A stretch of DNA of 64,000 bases from positions 1 through 64,000 of the forward strand of contig CAVVKJ010000011.1 of NCBI GenBank assembly GCA_963748815.1, written 5' to 3'. Numbering within the stretch: position 1 is the first letter of the stretch; the number at the start of each line of letters is the position of its first letter. Positions 29,609 through 38,877 of this stretch are shown in pieces. This DNA is from an uncultured Gemmatimonadales bacterium (lineage in GTDB: Bacteria; Gemmatimonadota; Gemmatimonadetes; Gemmatimonadales; GWC2-71-9). The position numbers were made by a program, and so were the translations under genes. Below the pieces are notes generated by a model. That model was not told where the DNA came from and did not search any database. It was given only the letters and a program-made list of their open reading frames with translations.

Positions 29609-30139
29609 CTAGTTGCCGCCCTGGCTCGACGGCGGGACGATCCCGTTGGCGCGCATGTACACCACCAGGTTGCCGTAGTGCTCGCCGTCGTGAGTGGCGT
29701 TCCACACCAGCACCGCCAGCCGGGTGATCGTCGAGCCAAAGAACTGGGTCGCCTTCAGCGCGTCGCCGTCGGGAATCTGGTAGGCCCGCTCGCAGTAGGC
29801 CACGGACTCGTTCATGCCGCTGAGCAGCGTGGCCTTGTCGGTCACCTTCTCGTAGTCGGGATGCTCCGGCTGCTCCTCGCCGAGGGCCGCCGCACAGAAG
29901 AGATAGTGCGCATTGGCCACGTGCCCCATCAGCTCGGACATGCTGCGCACCGCCGGGTTCGGCTTGTACCCGTAGAGGCTGTCCGGCACCTGCTCCGCCG
30001 TCTGGACCAGCCAGGTGCTCAATTCCTTGAAGCGCGGCGTGACCGAGGCCACCACGACGCCGTCCCCGGCGTCGGCGGGCGGCGCGCAGGCCGGCACCGC
30101 CGCGGCCAGCAGGAGCAGGGGGATGAGGGACAACTTCAT
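29609..30139 (-). CDS. Exported DinB family protein
   Basis: Signal/lipoprotein-like MKLSLIPLLLLAAAVPAC; YKPNPAVRSMSELMGHVA and HDGEHYGNLVVYMRANGIVPPSS. Confidence 0.88.
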   Translation of the reverse strand: MKLSLIPLLLLAAAVPACAPPADAGDGVVVASVTPRFKELSTWLVQTAEQVPDSLYGYKPNPAVRSMSELMGHVANAHYLFCAAALGEEQPEHPDYEKVTDKATLLSGMNESVAYCERAYQIPDGDALKATQFFGSTITRLAVLVWNATHDGEHYGNLVVYMRANGIVPPSSQGGN

Positions 30140-30302
30140 CGGGGGACCTCCTCGGGAGTGGGGCTCAAAAGGGGAAGGATCCGGGTGGCGCACCACAGCC
30201 ATCCACCCGGAGGCTGCCTGAATATAGAGGGCCCCGGGCAGCCGCGACACTTGGCGCCGGAACCCGCATCCACTCGGGCCCCGGCGGCCAGGGTGACCGC
30301 CA

Positions 30303-31298
30303 ATGGAGGAAGCCACGACCCAGCCGGAACGCTTGACGCCTGAACTGCTGGCGCGCTCCGCCCGGTACAGCGCCCGGATCATCGCCCGCGACCGGCTCCG
30401 CCATGTGCTGGCGGCCGTTCCCACGGGCGACGCCACGCAGCGACCCGACGCCCTGCACGACTTCCGCGTCGGCCTGCGACGACTGCGCTCCTGGCTCCGG
30501 GCGTTCCGTCAGGAGGTGGACGACACGGTCGGCCCCGGAAGCTTCCGGCGCCTCCGGCGCCTCTCCCGCCGGACCGGCCGGGCACGGGATCTCGAGGTGC
30601 AGCTGGCCTGGCTCGCCCAGCCGACGGTGCCGCTGGGCCCGCTCGCCTCCCGCGCGGCCGCGACCATGGCCGAGCGGGTGCGCGCCGACCATGCGTCAGC
30701 ACTCGCCACCACGTTCGAGCTGATCCGCACCGGGTTCCCGGAGACCGCGAAGAAGCTCGACAAGCGCCTGCGACGGTTCGAGGTGCGGCTCGACTCGGAG
30801 AGGGCGGCGGATGACCGGACGATGGCCGACGTCCTCGGCCTCCTGTTCCGGCGAACGGCACGCCAGGTGCGGCAGGCTCTGGCCGCCGTCACGACCAGCG
30901 ATGAGCCGGCACAGGCCCATCGCGCACGCCTCGCCGTGAAGCGACTTCGCTATCTCGTCGAGGCGCTCGGCGACTGGCACCGCGGCGGGCACCTGGTGAC
31001 AGAGCGCCTGGCGGCGCTTCAGGATGCCCTGGGCCGCCTCCACGACCGGCATGTCCTGCTGGCGCGCGTGGCGACCGAGGCGCCCTCGCGGCCGCAGCGG
31101 GCGCTCGAGTCTGCCGTGCGTCGCGCGGCCGACGCCGAATTCCGCCGAGCCATGCGGCTGATCCGGCATCGCCAGACATCGGCCACGCTGGCGCAAGTCG
31201 AACGGCTCGCCACACGGTTGTCGGGAGACGGCGCCCCTGCGCCAGAGCGCCCGGCGAGCCCCACCATTGCCGACACGGAAACGGGAGGACAGGGATGA
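30303..31298 (+). CDS. CHAD domain protein
   Basis: LHDFRVGLRRLRS, RDLEV, HRARLAVKRLRYLVE and LQDALGRLHD. Confidence 0.9.
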   Translation: MEEATTQPERLTPELLARSARYSARIIARDRLRHVLAAVPTGDATQRPDALHDFRVGLRRLRSWLRAFRQEVDDTVGPGSFRRLRRLSRRTGRARDLEVQLAWLAQPTVPLGPLASRAAATMAERVRADHASALATTFELIRTGFPETAKKLDKRLRRFEVRLDSERAADDRTMADVLGLLFRRTARQVRQALAAVTTSDEPAQAHRARLAVKRLRYLVEALGDWHRGGHLVTERLAALQDALGRLHDRHVLLARVATEAPSRPQRALESAVRRAADAEFRRAMRLIRHRQTSATLAQVERLATRLSGDGAPAPERPASPTIADTETGGQG

Positions 31299-32494
31299 GT
31301 CGTGTTCCACGCCGACGCCACGTTGCGATCATCGCCGCCGCGACGCTGTTGTCGCTCGGCTGGACGAGCCTGCTCCCCGCGCAGGCCCCAACCCGTCCAC
31401 GCGCCCGGGCCATGGGCGTCGCCCCCGGCGTGCTCCCCACCGGACCGCTCAACGCCATCACGGACGTGCCCGGCGTGCTCGTCGGGCAGACCACCGTGAT
31501 TCGCGGCGACTCCATCCGCACAGGCGTCACCGCCATCCTCCCGCACGGCGGCAACCTCTACCGCGACCGGGTGCCGGCCGCCGTCTTCGTCATCAACGGT
31601 TTCGGGAAGCTGCTCGGGACGACGCAACTGCGCGAGCTCGGTGAACTCGAGACGCCGATCCTGCTGACTTGCACCCTCTGCGTCTGGAAGGCGGCCGACG
31701 CGATGGTCGCCCATCTCCTCCAGCAACCGGGGATGGAGGCGGTCCGCTCGATCAACCCGGTGATCGGCGAGACGAACGACGCCTACCTGAACGCCATCCG
31801 CGAGCGTCCCATTTCGAGCGCCGACGTCGTCGCCGCGCTGACGGCGGCCCGCCCGGGTCCCGTCGCCGAAGGCAGCGTCGGCGCGGGCACCGGGACCACC
31901 ACGCTCGGGTGGAAGGGGGGCATCGGGACCTCCTCGCGCCGGGTGCGCCTGGGCGACAGCACCTGGACCGTCGGCGTCCTGGTCCAGACAAATTTCGGCG
32001 GCAGCGACGGCCTGATCCTGATGGGGGTGCCAGTCGGGCGCCTGCTGGGGCGCGACGGCCTCTCCGGCGCGGCTGCGCCGCGAGGGCCGACCGGTTCGAT
32101 CATGATCGTTGTGGCCACCGACGCGCCCCTGTCCGACCGCAACCTCGAGCGCCTGGCGTCCCGGGCCGACATCGGCCTCGGACGCACTGGCGCCACGGCC
32201 GGCAACGGGTCCGGCGACTATGTGCTGGCCTTCTCGACCAACCTCGCCGTTCGGCGCCCCGCCGGCGCGTCGCGGCTGGAATCGCCCGAGCTGGGCAACG
32301 ATAGCATGAGTCCGCTCTTCGCCGGCGTCATCGAGGCCACCGAGGAGGCCATCGACAACGCCCTCTTTGCCGCCACCACCGTCACCGGCAACGGCCACAC
32401 CGTCCAGGCGCTGCCCATCGCGGACGTGCTCGCGCTCCTTCGGCGACACGAGGCGCTGGCGCCCCCCCTTTCGGCCGCCCCCACAAGCCCGTAG
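31295..32494 (+). CDS. P1 family peptidase (DmpA L-aminopeptidase/D-esterase-like)
   Basis: NAITDVPGVLVGQ, NGFGK, EGSVGAGTG, autoproteolysis site GNGSGD and EATEEAI. Confidence 0.92.
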   Translation: MSRVPRRRHVAIIAAATLLSLGWTSLLPAQAPTRPRARAMGVAPGVLPTGPLNAITDVPGVLVGQTTVIRGDSIRTGVTAILPHGGNLYRDRVPAAVFVINGFGKLLGTTQLRELGELETPILLTCTLCVWKAADAMVAHLLQQPGMEAVRSINPVIGETNDAYLNAIRERPISSADVVAALTAARPGPVAEGSVGAGTGTTTLGWKGGIGTSSRRVRLGDSTWTVGVLVQTNFGGSDGLILMGVPVGRLLGRDGLSGAAAPRGPTGSIMIVVATDAPLSDRNLERLASRADIGLGRTGATAGNGSGDYVLAFSTNLAVRRPAGASRLESPELGNDSMSPLFAGVIEATEEAIDNALFAATTVTGNGHTVQALPIADVLALLRRHEALAPPLSAAPTSP

Positions 32495-32537
32495 AATCGG
32501 GAAGCGTCACCCCTTCGCCACTACCCCAGGACGGGCC

Positions 32538-32873
32538 ATGGACCTGCTGCTCGACTTTCTGAAAACCTATTTCTCGCGCCTCGCACACCTCTGGCCATTC
32601 GTGCTCCTCCTGGTCGGCGTCATCGCGGCCCTCGGGCTTCGGATCGGGCAGATCGAGAAATGGGCGCCGGCCGACGCGCTCTACTTCGCCTTCATCACCG
32701 CCACCGCCGTCGGGTACGGCGACTTTCATCCGTCCAGTCGACGTTCGAAATGGCTGGCCATCCTCATCGCGCTGATCGGCGTGCTGCTGACCGGGCTGAT
32801 CGTGGCGGTCGGCCTCGAGGCGGTGACGCACGCCTTCCGCGAAACCCACAGCGTCGCGCCGATCCTGCCCTGA
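32538..32873 (+). CDS. Two-TM potassium channel family protein
   Basis: TM-pore-TM with DALYFAFITATAVGYGDFHP. Confidence 0.88.
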   Translation: MDLLLDFLKTYFSRLAHLWPFVLLLVGVIAALGLRIGQIEKWAPADALYFAFITATAVGYGDFHPSSRRSKWLAILIALIGVLLTGLIVAVGLEAVTHAFRETHSVAPILP

Positions 32874-32875
32874 CC

Positions 32876-33217
32876 ATGGCCCATGACGACTCCCTCGGCG
32901 CCCGGGTGCGGGGCGCCCTCGCGGACACCCCGGGGCTTTCCGAACAGCAGATGTTCGGTGGGCTCTGCTTCCTGGTCAACGGCCACATGTGCGCCGGCAT
33001 CGTCGGCCGCACGCTGATGGTGCGCATCGGCCCCGACGGATACGCCGAAGCGCTCGCCGAGCCGCATGTTCGGCCGATGGATTTCACCGGCCGGCCGATG
33101 ACAGGGATGATCTTCGTCGATCCGCCGGCCGTCGCCACCGACGCGGAGCTCGCCGCCTGGGCGGGCCGGGGCGCGCGATACGCCGGCTCCCTCCCTCCCA
33201 AGCCGGCCAAGTCCTAG
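32876..33217 (+). CDS. TfoX/Sxy N-terminal domain protein
   Basis: MFGGLCFLVNGHM and PMDFTGRPMTG. Confidence 0.88.
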   Translation: MAHDDSLGARVRGALADTPGLSEQQMFGGLCFLVNGHMCAGIVGRTLMVRIGPDGYAEALAEPHVRPMDFTGRPMTGMIFVDPPAVATDAELAAWAGRGARYAGSLPPKPAKS

Positions 33218-33253
33218 GCGCGACCGATCTCCCCCCTCCTCTCCGAAGGCCAG

Positions 33254-34486
33254 ATGCCCCCGACCATCTCGCTGGACATGATGCAGACGGTCGCGTTGGC
33301 CGCGCTCGTGCTCTTTGCCGGGTATGGCATTCGTCGCAAGATCCCCATCCTCGACCGGTTCAACATCCCCGCGCCGGTGGTCGGCGGGTTCATCTTTGCT
33401 GCGATCGCCCTCGCCCTGCGGCAAAGCGGCACGCTGCACTTCGAGTTCGACACGAAGCTGCAGAGCCCGTTCATGGTCGCCTTCTTCACCGCGATCGGGC
33501 TTGGGGCCAGTCTCGGGCTCCTGAAGATCGGGGGAAAGCAGGTGCTGGTCTTCTGGGGCGTCGCATCCCTCCTCGCGGTCCTCCAGAACGCGGTCGGCGT
33601 CGGCCTCGCCGAACTGCTCGGCGTGAACCCTCTCCTCGGCCTGATCACCGGCTCCATCACGATGACCGGCGGGCACGGCACCGGGGCCGCCTTCGGCAAA
33701 CTGATGGAGGACCAGTACCATTTCCCCGGGGCCGTCACCCTCGCCATGGCGGCCGCCACCTTCGGCCTGGTGACGGGCGGCCTCCTTGGCGGGCCAGTCG
33801 GCACCCGCCTCATCAACCGATTCGGGCTGCGGTCCGCCGGGGGCCGTGTGCCACCGGCCGCGGCAGTGGCCGAGCACGCCTCCCTGGACGAGGAGATCGA
33901 CCTCGAACCCGCCGGCGAGGCGCCGACCGCCTACCTCATGCTGCAGACCCTCACGATCATCCTCGCCTGCATGTGGGCCGGGGGGATCCTCTCGGCGTGG
34001 CTGGGACAGTTCGTCACCCTGCCGGGATACATCGGGGCGATGCTGGTGGCCGCCGTGGTCCGAAACCTCGCCGACGCCAGCGGGCGCCTGCATATCGAGG
34101 AACGGGTGGTGGACGACCTCGGCACCATCGCCCTCTCGCTCTTCCTGACGATGGCGCTGATGTCGCTGCGGCTGTGGGAATTGCTGAATCTCGCCCTGCC
34201 GATGCTGTTGATCGTGTCGGTGCAGGTCGTCATCGTGGCGGCGTTCGCCACCTGGGTCACCTTTCGGGTGATGGGCCGCGACTACGACGCCGCGGTCATG
34301 GCCAGCGGGCACTGCGGATTCGGGCTGGGGGCGACGCCGAACGCGGTGGCCAACATGGAATCGCTGGTGGAGCGGTTCGGCAGCGCGCCGCGGGCCTTCC
34401 TGGTCGTCCCGATGGTCGGCGCCTTCTTCATCGATTTCACGAACGCGCTGATCATCACCACCTACATCAATTTCTTCGCGCCGTAG
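33254..34486 (+). CDS. gltS: Sodium/glutamate symporter
   Basis: IPAPVVGG, GSITMTGGHGTGAAF, YDAAVMASGHCGFGLGATPNAVANM and AFLVVPMVGAFFIDFTNA. Confidence 0.93.
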   Translation: MPPTISLDMMQTVALAALVLFAGYGIRRKIPILDRFNIPAPVVGGFIFAAIALALRQSGTLHFEFDTKLQSPFMVAFFTAIGLGASLGLLKIGGKQVLVFWGVASLLAVLQNAVGVGLAELLGVNPLLGLITGSITMTGGHGTGAAFGKLMEDQYHFPGAVTLAMAAATFGLVTGGLLGGPVGTRLINRFGLRSAGGRVPPAAAVAEHASLDEEIDLEPAGEAPTAYLMLQTLTIILACMWAGGILSAWLGQFVTLPGYIGAMLVAAVVRNLADASGRLHIEERVVDDLGTIALSLFLTMALMSLRLWELLNLALPMLLIVSVQVVIVAAFATWVTFRVMGRDYDAAVMASGHCGFGLGATPNAVANMESLVERFGSAPRAFLVVPMVGAFFIDFTNALIITTYINFFAP

Positions 34487-34611
34487 GGCAAAACGGCGTT
34501 CTGGCGTCCACCGGGTTAGATTTCACCTTCGCCACGATCGCTGTGGCCGGTGGTGGCCCCAAGCCCCAATTCTGCCTCCGGTCCGTCTCTTCATCCTCGC
34601 CGGGGGAGTCC

Positions 34612-34950
34612 ATGTCCCTGTACAAGCCGCAGCAGCGCCATATCACGGTCCGCGACCGGGAACTGCACTTCGTCTCCTACGAGGCGCATCCGGCCGATCC
34701 CCGGCACGACGCCGATGCGGAGCCGGAGATGTGGTACCTGATGCGCGCCGGACGGCGCTGGGCGGTCATGCCGCGGAATCCGGACCAGCCCGCCGAGGAA
34801 ACGGACGAGCTGCTCCGCGTCTGGGCGGAGGAAAACGCCTTTGGTGACGAGGTGGCCGAAGTGAGCCGGACGCCGATCGCCGGCCCCCGGGTCCCGCGCC
34901 GCCGAACCGACAACTGGTGGGGTCCGAGCGAGGGCCGCCAGGCCAGCTGA
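34612..34950 (+). CDS. Hypothetical protein
   Basis: MSLYKPQQRHITVRDRELHFVSYE...MWYLMRAGRRW; GGGAG RBS; GC3-rich frame. Confidence 0.7.
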   Translation: MSLYKPQQRHITVRDRELHFVSYEAHPADPRHDADAEPEMWYLMRAGRRWAVMPRNPDQPAEETDELLRVWAEENAFGDEVAEVSRTPIAGPRVPRRRTDNWWGPSEGRQAS

Positions 34951-35091
34951 TCTCTCCCGCCCATCCCGGCCTGCCGGGGTGGGCGTCGACCCGCGGGCGG
35001 ATCCCTCGGGACTCGCCCCCGGCCCTTCCCCGCAGTATTCTCACTGACATACAGGCACCCCCGACCCCCTCCCCTCCGGAGTCAGCGCCCC

Positions 35092-36387
35092 ATGTCCCTT
35101 GACCGCCGCCGGTTTACCGGGCTTCTCGCCGGAATGATCGCGGGCTCCGCCTATCGGCCGGACGCCGCGGCGCACGCGTCTCCCGGCACGCCCGGCGCCG
35201 ATCCCTGCAATCTCCCGCCGCAGCTGGCGTCACTGAAGCCGATGCTCCAGGGTGTCGAGCCGATCACCGCCGCCGAGCGGGCGCGGCGAATGGACCGCGC
35301 ACGCCAACTGATGGGCGAACAGGGGGTCGGAGCGGTGCTGATGGAGCCCGGCACCAACATGACGTACTTCACCAATGTGCGATGGGGGCAGTCGGAACGC
35401 CCCTTCGTCGCGGTGATGCCTGCCCGGGGCGAGTTGGCGTTCGTCTGCCCCGGGTTCGAGGAGGCGCGAGCGCGGGAGGGGATCCCGGCCGGGGCCGAGG
35501 TGCGGGTCTGGCAGGAGGACGAGAGTCCCTACGAGGTCATCGCCGGCATTCTCCGGGACCGGGGACTGGCCGGCGGGACGATCGGCGTGGAAGCGGAAAC
35601 GCGGTACTTCATCGCCGACGGGGTGCAGCGGGCGGCGCCCGCGGCTACCTACCGGAACGCCGACCCGGTCACCGTAGGGTGCCGGTCAATCAAGTCGCCG
35701 GCGGAGCTGGCGCTGATGCAGCGCGCCAGCGACGTCACCGTGGCGGCGTTCGGCGCCGCCTTCGCCACGCTCCGCGCCGGGATGAGCCAGTACGACCTCT
35801 CCGAGAACATGACGACCGCCATGCGCCGCCTCGGCGGTTCGTCCCCCTGGGCGCTGGTGGGCTTCGGCGAGGCATCGGCGTTCCCGCACGGCACCTCGCG
35901 CCCCCAGAAACTGCAGGAAGGCGACATCGTATTGCTTGACGCCGGGTGCGCCGTCCAGGGCTACCAGTCCGACATCACGCGCACCACCGTCTACGGCACC
36001 CCGACGGCTCGGCAAACCGAGATCTGGAACCTCGAGCGCCGGGCGCAGGACGCCGCCTTTGCCGCCGCCCAGCCGGGCGCCACCTGCGGCTCGGTGGACG
36101 CCGCCGCACGGAAGGTCATCACCGACGCCGGCTTCGGACCGGGCTACGCCCTCCCCGGCCTGCCGCACCGGACCGGGCACGGCATCGGCATGGACGGCCA
36201 CGAGGCGCCGAATTTCGTGAAGGGCAGCCCGGTCATCCTGCGGCCGGGGATGTGCTTCAGCGACGAGCCGAACATCTCCATCTACGGCGAATTCGGCATC
36301 CGGCTGGAGGACTGCTTGTACATTACCGAGGACGGTCCGCGGTTCTTCGCGCAGCAGTCCCCCTCGATCGACCGCCCCTTCCCCTGA
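35092..36387 (+). CDS. Tat-exported M24 Xaa-Pro peptidase
   Basis: DRRRF Tat motif; FPHG, LDAG, YQSDITRT, HRTGHGIGMDGHE, SDEP and GIRLED. Confidence 0.93.
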   Translation: MSLDRRRFTGLLAGMIAGSAYRPDAAAHASPGTPGADPCNLPPQLASLKPMLQGVEPITAAERARRMDRARQLMGEQGVGAVLMEPGTNMTYFTNVRWGQSERPFVAVMPARGELAFVCPGFEEARAREGIPAGAEVRVWQEDESPYEVIAGILRDRGLAGGTIGVEAETRYFIADGVQRAAPAATYRNADPVTVGCRSIKSPAELALMQRASDVTVAAFGAAFATLRAGMSQYDLSENMTTAMRRLGGSSPWALVGFGEASAFPHGTSRPQKLQEGDIVLLDAGCAVQGYQSDITRTTVYGTPTARQTEIWNLERRAQDAAFAAAQPGATCGSVDAAARKVITDAGFGPGYALPGLPHRTGHGIGMDGHEAPNFVKGSPVILRPGMCFSDEPNISIYGEFGIRLEDCLYITEDGPRFFAQQSPSIDRPFP

Positions 36388-36402
36388 GGAATGGGAGGAA
36401 CC

Positions 36403-36687
36403 ATGGACCGACAATCGTGGGCCCTGCTGATCCCCATCGTCGCGATGCTGATTCCCATATCGGCGATCGTCATGGGGGGCATTCTCAAGATCGTCCGGCT
36501 TCACGTGGAGGAGGCAAAGATCAAGGCGGGCGCCCTCCCCGACGGCGCGATGGCCGAACTCGACGCGGTCCGCGGCGAGATGGACCAGCTCCGCCACGAA
36601 CTGGGTGAGGTGCAGGAGCGGCTCGACTTCGCGGAGCGGCTCCTGGCGCAGCGCCACGATCACGAGCGGCTGCCAGGTGGCAGCTGA
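36403..36687 (+). CDS. Small TM + coiled-coil protein (ERLDFAERLL motif)
   Basis: TM LLIPIVAMLIPISAIV, then ELGEVQERLDFAERLLAQ; GGAGG RBS. Confidence 0.8.
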   Translation: MDRQSWALLIPIVAMLIPISAIVMGGILKIVRLHVEEAKIKAGALPDGAMAELDAVRGEMDQLRHELGEVQERLDFAERLLAQRHDHERLPGGS

Positions 36688-36721
36688 CCGCATCCCGACC
36701 CCCGCAACCGGAGAGTCATCG

Positions 36722-37084
36722 ATGCCCGCCCCTGGCGTACGCCTGTCTCCCGCGCCGCCTGTACTCGTCGCCCTGCTCCTGCTCGCCTGCGGCGGCAACT
36801 CCGGCATGCAGTCCGTCATGGAACATCCCGCCCCGGTGACCGCGCCCGCCCATTTCGTCCCGCTTGACTCCGCCAGTGTCATCGCCCCGGCCGACACGCT
36901 GGTCGGAGCCGGCTGCCTGACTCCGCTGACGGACGCGATTACCGGCATCCAGATCGTCCTCGTCCGGTCCGAGAGCGGACTGGGCGACTACCAGGCGCCG
37001 AGCAAGGCGTACGGGCTGCGGGACGACCAGCTCCTTCGGCTGGAATGCAACACCGGGCGGGTGCTCGGCGTCGTGCGGCGATGA
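36722..37084 (+). CDS. Hypothetical lipoprotein
   Basis: Lipobox LLAC; GCLTPLTD...GDY...YGL...LLRLEC two-Cys domain. Confidence 0.72.
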   Translation: MPAPGVRLSPAPPVLVALLLLACGGNSGMQSVMEHPAPVTAPAHFVPLDSASVIAPADTLVGAGCLTPLTDAITGIQIVLVRSESGLGDYQAPSKAYGLRDDQLLRLECNTGRVLGVVRR

Positions 37085-37626
37085 ATGCACAGCTCGACGC
37101 GATCGCCGCCGAACTGCGGGAGGCGACGGCCCGACTGCATCGGCTCCGCGACTCGGTTCCGGCCGAGCGGTGGCCGGTCCGACACGACCCTGCCCGGTGG
37201 TCCGTGTCGGAGTGCATCGCGCACCTGAACCTGACTTCGGCCGCCTTCGAGCCGCTGCTGACCGTCGGCCTCGAGCAGGCGAGGAAGGAGCAGGCATCTC
37301 CTCGCAAGTACGCGCGGGGCTTCCTCGGCTGGGCGCTGTGGAAGATGACCGGGCCGGATTCGCGCGGCCGGATGCAGACTGCGCCGGGGTTCGTGCCGGC
37401 GAACTCGCCCGCCGCCGAGGTGGTGACCGCGGACTTCGAGCGTTGGCAGGCGGTCATCCTGGCCCTCCTCGCTTCGGCGGACGGCGTGCCGATCGACAAG
37501 GTGAACCTGATCTCGCCCTTCAACGCCCGGATGAAATACAACCTCTACGCCGCGTTCTCGGTCATCCCGCGCCACCAGCATCGGCACCTGCAGCAGGCGG
37601 AACGGGTGTGGAGCAAGGCTCCCTAG
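37081..37626 (+). CDS. DinB family protein
   Basis: RWSVSECIAHLNLT, SPF and HQHRHLQQAER. Confidence 0.88.
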   Translation: MNAQLDAIAAELREATARLHRLRDSVPAERWPVRHDPARWSVSECIAHLNLTSAAFEPLLTVGLEQARKEQASPRKYARGFLGWALWKMTGPDSRGRMQTAPGFVPANSPAAEVVTADFERWQAVILALLASADGVPIDKVNLISPFNARMKYNLYAAFSVIPRHQHRHLQQAERVWSKAP

Positions 37627-38141
37627 TCATCGTCGGTGTCGCCCCGCGCCCGGCCGGCCTCTCCGGACTCACCCGGTCCACCGGCGGTGAGCTGGGAGAC
37701 GCCAGGCGCCGAACCGTCACCATAGACCAATGATCCACCGGTGTGACCGACCTGGTAGCCCGCCACGAGGAGACCGACGGTGGCAACCGTTGCGACGGCT
37801 CGCGCCCCCCGGCCTGCGGCCCCGCGAACCAGTCCCGCGGCGCTGAGCGCGAAGACGATGCCTGAAAAGATCAGGAAGCGCTCGGCCGCCTCTTCATGCG
37901 TCTCGATGCGCTGCTCGCCCACGATGTCTTCAGCCCGTTCCTCCTGGTCCTGACCCGTCTCGAGGGAAGCCCAGGCGCTCAACGTCAGGGCACCGGCCAT
38001 GGCCACGGGAACAGCCCAGGCCCGAAACGGGGCCACGCCGCGGCGAACGGCCCAGAGCGCCCCCAGGGCGGCCAGGGGAAGGAACGCCATCAACACGATG
38101 GGGAAATGCACGACGGCAGGGTGCAGGGGATCAGGCAACAT
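37623..38141 (-). CDS. DUF2231-like membrane protein
   Basis: LHPAVVHFPIVL, ETG, HEEAA and GHTGGSLVY; four TM helices; GGAGG RBS. Confidence 0.82.
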   Translation of the reverse strand: MLPDPLHPAVVHFPIVLMAFLPLAALGALWAVRRGVAPFRAWAVPVAMAGALTLSAWASLETGQDQEERAEDIVGEQRIETHEEAAERFLIFSGIVFALSAAGLVRGAAGRGARAVATVATVGLLVAGYQVGHTGGSLVYGDGSAPGVSQLTAGGPGESGEAGRARGDTDDD

Positions 38142-38197
38142 GGTCAGCCTCCGGTAGTGGGTTGGCTGACACGGTAGTGAATCGGGAGGGTCGGCAC

Positions 38198-38265
38198 CAT
38201 CCGACAATTGACGCAGGGCGCGCCCGCCTCAGCCCCTGCTCCCGCATCCGACAGTTGACGGAGGG
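38198..38265. promoter_or_regulatory. Two 21-bp imperfect direct repeats, candidate LuxR-type binding sites
   Basis: CATCCGACAATTGACGCAGGG (38198-38218) and CATCCGACAGTTGACGGAGGG (38245-38265), 19/21 identical, each with a quasi-palindromic core. Confidence 0.75.
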
Positions 38266-38271
38266 GCTGGC

Positions 38272-38805
38272 ATGGATGATCACGACGAACACCGGCTGAC
38301 ACGCACCGTCGCCCTTCTCCTGGCCATCATCGGCCTGGGAGGACTCATCGACCTGGCGATGGATCGGCCGACCCGATGGCTCTCCTTTCACGTGGTGTAC
38401 GAAGTCGCCCTCGTGCTCGGCTCTCTCGCCACCGCGTTCTGGCTGGCGCGCGGCTGGGGGAGCGCCGCCGCCACCAACCGCGCGCTCCGGCAGAGCCTGA
38501 CCGAGCGACAGGCGGAGCGGGATGCCTGGCGCGCCAGCGCGGAACAGGCCCTCGCCGGGCTGGGGGCGGCCATCGACGCACAGTTTGCCGCGTGGGGACT
38601 GACCCCGGCCGAGCGGGAGGTCGCGCTGCTGGTGCTCAAGGGACACGGGCACAAGGAGATTGCCGTCCGCACCGGCCGGAGCGAGCGGACCGTCCGGCAA
38701 CACGCGGCCGCGGCCTATGGCAAGGCCGGCCTCGGCGGGCGGGCGGAGCTGGCGGCGTTCTTTCTGGAGGGGGTCGCGCTTCCGCCGGGGGGCACGCCCA
38801 CCTGA
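38272..38805 (+). CDS. Membrane-anchored LuxR-type HTH transcriptional regulator
   Basis: Two N-terminal TM helices, a coiled coil, then WGLTPAEREVALLVLKGHGHKEIAVRTGRSERTVRQHAAAAYGK. Confidence 0.9.
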   Translation: MDDHDEHRLTRTVALLLAIIGLGGLIDLAMDRPTRWLSFHVVYEVALVLGSLATAFWLARGWGSAAATNRALRQSLTERQAERDAWRASAEQALAGLGAAIDAQFAAWGLTPAEREVALLVLKGHGHKEIAVRTGRSERTVRQHAAAAYGKAGLGGRAELAAFFLEGVALPPGGTPT

Positions 38806-38877
38806 GGAAGTTCGTTGACGGAACTTACGGCCGGGCTCCGTAGGGTCCGGGCCGGCAACCCTGCTTCGAGGTGGACC

